DNA from: Candidatus Eiseniibacteriota bacterium
Lineage (GTDB): Bacteria > Eisenbacteria > RBG-16-71-46 > JABDJR01 > JAWXBZ01
Assembly (NCBI GenBank): GCA_034440375.1
Contig: JAWXBZ010000240.1
Coordinates: forward strand, 1-11,475
Direction of reading: 5' to 3'
DNA: 11,475 nucleotides
Every line of letters begins with the position of its first letter. The first letter of the stretch is position 1. A program made the translations under genes and the position numbers. Shown piece by piece: positions 6,810 through 11,475 of this stretch. The notes under the pieces were generated by a model. It was not told the origin of the DNA, did no database searches, and saw only the letters and a program-made list of their open reading frames with translations.

Positions 6810-8261
6810 CTATCCGGAAACCTTAGGTGAGAGGGTCCGCACCCACGCATCCGGATCGGGGATGCGGCCGGTGATTCGTTCCACCAGCGCCTCGGTCGCC
6901 TCGCGTGCACCGGGCCCCCAGATGGTGGAACGGATATCAGCGATGGCGGAATGAACCTCGACCAACTGCGCCGCCACCAGTCGACCTGTCAAAAAGCTCG
7001 GACCGGTGAGCGGATGCGTCACGAACCTCTCTTCAGCGGCCCACAATCGCTCCGGATGCCGTGGGAAGCCAAGATAGTGTTCGTGAATTTCGCACCAGAG
7101 CCCATGCAAATCCGACCCGGGACTTTCGTAGGCCAGGACCTCGAAGAGCGAAGCGGCCAGTTCGCGCCGTACCTTCCAAACCGCCTGCCAGGCGTGCCAG
7201 ATGGCATCCGTTTCGATGTCGCCGCGTTCCGCGAATGCCGCCGATGTTCCAAGTTTCACCATCAACGAGGCCATGGCTTCGTTGAACCCACCGGAGGTCC
7301 ACTGGAACACGAGCGGTTCCGCCGGCACATGAACCGCATGAAGCGCCCGCCCCCAGGCGCCCAGATTTTCCGAAAGGGCCGACGCGCCATCGCGGTGTGT
7401 CAGGAAACAATGAACGTCATCCGGCATCGACACCGCAATTGTTCGGGCCGCCCCGGACCCGGCGTCGTGGATCGAGATTCCAGTCGTCGCCGGGTCGATT
7501 CCGAGCGCGCGAGTCACGGCTGTGACGCGCGAATCGGCCTGGCCGCCTGAGAAAGCCTCCGCCGGCGGCTCCAGCCGTGCCAGGTAGTACTCGATATCCC
7601 ACGGCTCGAGCGTTTCACCACCATTCTCGCGGCGCATCCAGGCCAGCATCTGTTCGAAGATCGGCCGCGTCAGTGGCTCCAGCTCGTCACCAATTGTCAG
7701 GAATGAAAGCCTGGACAGTTCGTTGGCCGGCAGAGCCATCTCCGGAAAGTCCTCGCCGCCCAGCGTGAGCGCGCGGGCATTCCGCAGGCTCATCAACCGC
7801 TGCAAATCGGCTTCAATCGTTGCTGCGAGCGGCAGGGCCGCGAACCAGGCCGCCTCCCGCGTCGCCCGGTTGGATTCGGTGCGGAGTACTTCGGTCACCT
7901 GGGCCCTGGATGCCGGCTGATCCCCTGCCCAGGGTATGAATGCCGCCATGCGCGCACCGAGCTCGCGGGTCAATTGAGAGACTCCGGTGTCGGTGCGGAT
8001 CACGGCCTCCGGCCAACGGCGCCGGTGCAAGGACAGGCGGCGGTCCAGGCTGTCGTCGCCGTCCCCTGTCATGAGGGAGGCATAATCCGGCTCGTTCAGG
8101 ATCGCGGCTTCCTCGGCGTCGAAGGAGGCCCCGATGGCGTCGTCGCCCGGGGTGGGGCTCTCGAGGAGGCGTCGCAGTTCAAGCGATCGTCGGCGCCGCC
8201 CCACATCATGGAGTCGGCGTTCGATGACGTCGAGGAGTTCGGCGCAGGTATCAGTCGGCAT
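6810..8261 (-). CDS. M3/M2 (gluzincin, oligoendopeptidase-like) peptidase homolog with degenerate zinc motif, probably inactive
   Basis: RATREAAW, LMSLRNARALTLGGEDF, LEPWDIEYY, IAVSMPDDVH and FNEAMA resemble M3/M2 motifs. The HExxH position reads GAWGR (NLGAWGRALH). Its stop TAG directly abuts the DUF2723 ATG. Confidence 0.72.
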   Translation of the reverse strand: MPTDTCAELLDVIERRLHDVGRRRRSLELRRLLESPTPGDDAIGASFDAEEAAILNEPDYASLMTGDGDDSLDRRLSLHRRRWPEAVIRTDTGVSQLTRELGARMAAFIPWAGDQPASRAQVTEVLRTESNRATREAAWFAALPLAATIEADLQRLMSLRNARALTLGGEDFPEMALPANELSRLSFLTIGDELEPLTRPIFEQMLAWMRRENGGETLEPWDIEYYLARLEPPAEAFSGGQADSRVTAVTRALGIDPATTGISIHDAGSGAARTIAVSMPDDVHCFLTHRDGASALSENLGAWGRALHAVHVPAEPLVFQWTSGGFNEAMASLMVKLGTSAAFAERGDIETDAIWHAWQAVWKVRRELAASLFEVLAYESPGSDLHGLWCEIHEHYLGFPRHPERLWAAEERFVTHPLTGPSFLTGRLVAAQLVEVHSAIADIRSTIWGPGAREATEALVERITGRIPDPDAWVRTLSPKVSG

Positions 8262-8270
8262 CAGCGGCGG

Positions 8271-8276
8271 ATTCTA
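8271..8276 (-). promoter_or_regulatory. -10 element TAGAAT 9 nt upstream of an SD-less ATG (leaderless-type promoter)
   Basis: The minus strand reads CCTG-TAGAAT-CCGCCGCTG-ATG(8261). Confidence 0.5.
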
Positions 8277-8438
8277 CAGGAGCCTGTCCGAGTAATGCCG
8301 TTTTCACGGGTGTCTGCCGCGGTTTAGTTTATGTCGTTCACCGGGGCGATTCTCCGTTGACCAGCAGGAACCTCAACTCCCAGATCGGTCACCACCCCAT
8401 CGATCTCCTCGATGCGGTTCACGGCGACAGGACTGCCA

Positions 8439-9165
8439 TCAGCGCCGCAGCGTCACCTTCCGAGTGACGACTCCGCCCCCTGTCGTCATCCGGACAAAGT
8501 AGTTGCCCGGGGCCACCCCCGCGCCCGAGTCGTCGTTCCCGTCCCAGGTCACTTCATGTTCACCGACCTCCACGAGTCCCTTCAGGATCGATCGAACCCG
8601 ACGGCCCAGCACGTCAAAGACCGAGATTTCGAGGGTCATGGCCTCTGGCAACTGGATGGTCGTTCGTACCGACCCCGCGAACGGATTCGGAACCATCGGT
8701 CCCATGATCGGCACACGCGGGGGCGCCGACCAGCGCACCGGAAAGGGTCCAAAGACCTCCGATTCGCCACCCCTCGAGACAACCCGGATCCGGTAGTCAT
8801 ACTCAACGTCCAGCCGGGCCTGCCGGTCAATGAACCGACAGTAACCACCCTCATCCGGGACGACGAGGGCTTCGCCAAGCTCAACGAACGAACTCGTCGA
8901 CCCACCCTCGGAACGCTCGACACGGCAACCCACCACGTTGTCGGCTTCCGTGACTTGCCACGCCAGCACCGCCCGCCCATTCTCCACCCGAGCCAGGAAC
9001 CCGGACAGGTCGACCGACACCGGTGGCGAGGTCAAGCTCACGGCGTGGATGTTGTAATCGCCAATCGCACCGAATTGCGTCCACGCCACATGGACAGTTT
9101 CCCCACTCACGGCCAGGCCGAAGCCATCGCCGATGTTCGAAGGCACGGCAACCTCGCTCCAATCG
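8439..9165 (-). pseudogene. C-terminal fragment of a secreted protein: last propeller blade, Ig/FN3-like linker and FlgD-Ig (T9SS-CTD-like) tail
   Basis: SNIGDGFGLAVSGETVHVAWT, PVSVDLSGFLARVENGRAVLAWQV...YCRFIDR...YDYRI, and PNPF....TTIQLP....LEISVFDVLGRRVRSIL.G....GEHEVTWDGNDDSG..VAPGNYFVRM. It has no own start or signal peptide; the ORF track lists it as 8439..9212. Confidence 0.8.
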
Positions 9166-9526
9166 CAAAGTACGTGACGGCGATGAAGAATCGGCCTCCC
9201 GCAGTGGCGCAAACAGTCGGTCCGTTCTTGACGTAATCAACGCGGGGGCCACTTGGGAGCAAGGCGCCTACCGACCAGGTATTCCCTCCGTCGATCGTGG
9301 CAGACCACCGCGTCGTACTGCCCAGCGACCAGACAGCCACCACGGTGTTGCCATTCGCGGCGATCGTCGGTTCGAAGTCATGCCGACCCGGCGTTTGCGT
9401 GATCCGTGTCTCGGGGCCCAGGACCTGGGCGTGACCTACTGCCGGCCATACCACGACCCATGTGAGCAGGGTGGCCGCGTGCGCCACCAGGTGAAGGTTC
9501 CACAAGTTCTGAAAGAGTGCTTTCAT
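9107..9526 (-). pseudogene. N-terminal fragment of the same secreted BNR/Asp-box (sialidase-like beta-propeller) protein
   Basis: Strong SD GAGGAGG (9532-9538), signal peptide ending AVGHA|QV, EPTIAANGNTVVAVW and Asp-box SATIDGGNTWS. Protein-like sequence ends near IAVTYF (about 9165), where the next frame takes over. Confidence 0.72.
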
Positions 9527-9566
9527 CGACCCCTCCTCGGGGCGAGGGAAAATCGACGGCCCAAGT

Positions 9567-9776
9567 TCATCGCCGGCGGTAGACGATGACCAACTCGGCG
9601 GTCACCGACTCGGGGATCAAGAATTGGCTCAGGTCCGTCGATTCACCCGCGAGGCGGCGGACGCAGAGCCCGTGGTTCGAATAACTGGAAGTGGCCCAGA
9701 AGGTGACCCACTGACGGGCTGGCGGGCGCGGGATCGGGCGGCTGTTGCCGTGGCCGATCCGTCCGCGGAACGACAT
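9567..9776 (-). pseudogene. Short ORF / probable C-terminal remnant of an extracellular beta-sandwich (DNRLRE/CBM96-like) domain gene
   Basis: QWVTFWATSSYSNHGLCVRR...F...E...AELVIVYRRR* resembles the V..W......N.GL.L....F.S.E...P.L.V.Y ending of such domains. It ends 40 nt before the next start. Confidence 0.35.
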
Positions 9777-9809
9777 CAGCCTAGCACGGGTCGACCTGTG
9801 AGGTGAGGA

Positions 9810-9845
9810 ACTTGTGGTGGTACTTGTGGTGGTACTTGTGGTGCT
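9810..9845. repeat. 12-bp tandem repeat (ACTTGTGGTGGT)x3, last copy ACTTGTGGTGCT
   Basis: Read directly: copies at 9810-9821, 9822-9833 and 9834-9845. Confidence 0.92.
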
Positions 9846-9908
9846 TGCTTGAGGCCACTCCTGCCATCGAACCAGTGCCCCCTGCCCGCTTCCCTGTGTG
9901 TCCCGGTT

Positions 9909-9917
9909 TGTTACCAT
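9909..9917 (+). promoter_or_regulatory. Extended -10 (TG-T-TACCAT) 9 nt upstream of SD-less ATG 9927
   Basis: The sequence reads TGTTACCAT-GTCGCCCCC-ATG, with no purine-rich SD before the ATG. Confidence 0.5.
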
Positions 9918-9926
9918 GTCGCCCCC

Positions 9927-10781
9927 ATGAAACCACTCATCATCGTTCACGGCGGAGCCGGTGCGCTGCCTGAAATTGTCGATGGGCCACAGGCGGCCGC
10001 GCAGGCCGGACTGGCTCATCTGCTTCTGCATGGCGATCCCCTTGAGGCGGTCGTCGAGGCCGCCCGCGTGATGGAAGACGACCCGCGCTTCAATGCCGGC
10101 ACCGGATCAAACCTCCGATTGGACGGCGCGAGGATCCAGATGGACGCCTCGGTCATGGCCGACGACGGCCGGTTCGGCGCGGTCATGGCCCTGGAACGGA
10201 CCAGAAACCCGATTCTCGTGGCCCGCGCCGTGATCGATACGCCGCACCTCATGCTGGCCGGCGAAGGCGCGCAGAACCTGGCCCGGCGGCTCGGTCTGCC
10301 CGACTTTGATCCGACCACGCCAGAGGCAAGACGGAAGTTCGAGAAATGGCGGCTTGAGAACCCGGTCGTCCCGCATGACCGATGGCGCAATTTCCCCGAG
10401 GAGATGCGCGCCCACGATACGATCGGCGCCGTCGTTCGCGGTCCAGATGGCCGTTTCGCCGTGAGCTGTTCCACCGGCGGCACGACGATGATGCTCCTCG
10501 GTCGCGTCGGCGATTCACCGATCGTTGGGGCCGGCCTGTACGCCGGGCCGGCCGGCGCCGTCACCGCCACCGGCGAAGGGGAGGAAATCATCCGCCGATT
10601 CCTTTCCCTGCGCGTCTACGAGCGGATGGCCCGCGGTGAATCGGCGGAATCCGCCGGCCGGGCCGAACTGGACGCCATCCCGGCCGGCGTCGCCGTGGGC
10701 CTCATTGCCGCAGGCCTGGATGGGGCCTGGGGCGGCAGCAATCGCCAGATGCCCTTTGCCCTTCTTACGGGCCCCGCATGA
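9927..10781 (+). CDS. iaaA: Isoaspartyl peptidase / L-asparaginase type 2 (Ntn-hydrolase)
   Basis: MKPLIIVHGGAG, EDDPRFNAG.GS, MDASVM, TPHLMLAGEGA, autocleavage site HD|TIGAV, STGG, GRVGDSPIVGAGLYA and ATGEGE. The true start is most likely ATG 9927 rather than TTG 9849. Confidence 0.93.
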   Translation: MKPLIIVHGGAGALPEIVDGPQAAAQAGLAHLLLHGDPLEAVVEAARVMEDDPRFNAGTGSNLRLDGARIQMDASVMADDGRFGAVMALERTRNPILVARAVIDTPHLMLAGEGAQNLARRLGLPDFDPTTPEARRKFEKWRLENPVVPHDRWRNFPEEMRAHDTIGAVVRGPDGRFAVSCSTGGTTMMLLGRVGDSPIVGAGLYAGPAGAVTATGEGEEIIRRFLSLRVYERMARGESAESAGRAELDAIPAGVAVGLIAAGLDGAWGGSNRQMPFALLTGPA

Positions 10782-11475
10782 AGCTCGACCCCCGCGATGG
10801 CGGGCCGGTCATGTTCAACTCCATCGCCCGCCGGTATGACCTCCTGAACCGCGTTCTCTCGATGGGATTGGACGGCGGCTGGCGGATGCGGGCGCTGGAA
10901 CTCCTTCAGCTCGAGCCGAACCAGGTGCTCCTGGATCTCTGCACCGGCACCGGGGATTTTGGTCTCGAAGCCCTCGCGCGGCATAATCTCCGAATCGTCG
11001 GACTTGATGTGGCCCGCGAGATGATGCGGATCGGCCACGCCAAGGCCGTCCGCCATCACCTGGACCACCGCTTCCGCTTCGGCGTCGGCGATGCGGAAAA
11101 CCTGCCCCTGGCCGACGCTTCGGTCGATCGGGCCACCATCGGCTTTGGCATCCGAAATGTCACCGATCGCAGAAAGGCGCTCCGTGAACTGGTCCGTGTC
11201 TTGAAGCCAGGTGGCCGCGTGGCGATTCTCGAGTTCGGCGTACCGCCAAACGAGGCGTTTCGCGGCCTCTACTTCTTCTACGCCACGCATCTCCTGCCAA
11301 TTATTGGCGGGATCCTTTCCGGCAACCGCCAGGCCTATGAGTACCTGCCCGATTCGATCCGCCGATTTCCGTCGCCGGTGGAATTCTCCAGTTTGGCTCG
11401 AGAAGCCGGATTTCGGCAGACAACGTCCGAGCCCCTGGCCTTCGGAATTGTAAATCTTTACCTGTTATCAACTTA
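10778..11475 (+). CDS. ubiE: UbiE/MenG family demethylmenaquinone C-methyltransferase (stop codon cut by the window edge)
   Basis: Translated by hand, absent from the ORF track: MFNSIARRYDLLNRVLSMGLD..WR, LDLCTGTGD, GDAENLPL.D.SVD..TIGFGIRNV, RVLKPGGRVAILEF, AYEYLPDSI..FP, FGIVNLY. ATGA overlap with iaaA. The window ends in-frame with 'TA'. Confidence 0.95.
   Translation, partial: MKLDPRDGGPVMFNSIARRYDLLNRVLSMGLDGGWRMRALELLQLEPNQVLLDLCTGTGDFGLEALARHNLRIVGLDVAREMMRIGHAKAVRHHLDHRFRFGVGDAENLPLADASVDRATIGFGIRNVTDRRKALRELVRVLKPGGRVAILEFGVPPNEAFRGLYFFYATHLLPIIGGILSGNRQAYEYLPDSIRRFPSPVEFSSLAREAGFRQTTSEPLAFGIVNLYLLST

Noticed and set aside
9150..9180. Programmed -1 ribosomal frameshift joining the two halves of the FlgD protein
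   Set aside because: There is no X XXY YYZ slippery heptamer or homopolymer tract at the junction, and the joined product would still lack most propeller blades.
9810..9845. CRISPR array
   Set aside because: The 12-bp units are head-to-tail with no spacers, and there are no cas genes.
9807..9851. Third reading of the repeat: GTCGGTCGGTCGACL, Cys-rich and RiPP-core-like, in frame with iaaA
   Set aside because: It follows a TGA (9804-9806) with no start codon or leader peptide, and there are no RiPP maturases in the window.
9849..9926. TTG start extending iaaA by 26 aa
   Set aside because: Family homology begins at MKPLIIVHGGAG (9927), and the extension overlaps the likely promoter.
9567..10031. 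154-aa minus-strand ORF with a Thr/Ser run (STTTSTTTSTTTSSS)
   Set aside because: Its 5' part overlaps iaaA antisense and the Thr run is just another frame of the 12-bp repeat. Only the last ~50 codons look protein-like and are reported as a remnant.
10616..11290. 224-aa minus-strand ORF
   Set aside because: It is the antisense shadow of ubiE/menG and iaaA.

Overview
GC-rich (roughly 65% by eye) bacterial chromosomal window. The FlgD-Ig-tailed secreted protein suggests an FCB-associated lineage such as Eisenbacteria, Krumholzibacteria or Latescibacteria (inference only). On the + strand at the left end are an NlpE-N/META lipoprotein and ppa. A long - strand run reads, in transcription order, M3/M2-like peptidase homolog lacking HEXXH -> DUF2723 (TMEM260-like GT-C) membrane glycosyltransferase -> M24 Xaa-Pro peptidase -> Phd/YefM antitoxin -> VapC PIN toxin -> hflX. 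A decayed patch at about 8.3-9.9 kb holds a frameshifted BNR/FlgD-Ig secreted protein, a gene remnant and a 12-bp tandem repeat. On the + strand at the right end are an isoaspartyl peptidase/asparaginase and a ubiE/menG methyltransferase that the ORF track misses. The most notable observations are: (1) a probable pseudo-peptidase abutting a putative protein glycosyltransferase; (2) hflX apparently starting at CTG, directly behind and in frame with vapC; (3) a 12-bp repeat that encodes a Val/Leu-rich micro-ORF with a strong Shine-Dalgarno (SD) on + and a His-rich (HHKY)n micro-ORF on -; (4) an out-of-frame internal deletion in the FlgD-Ig protein. All family calls come from motif recognition, not database searches.
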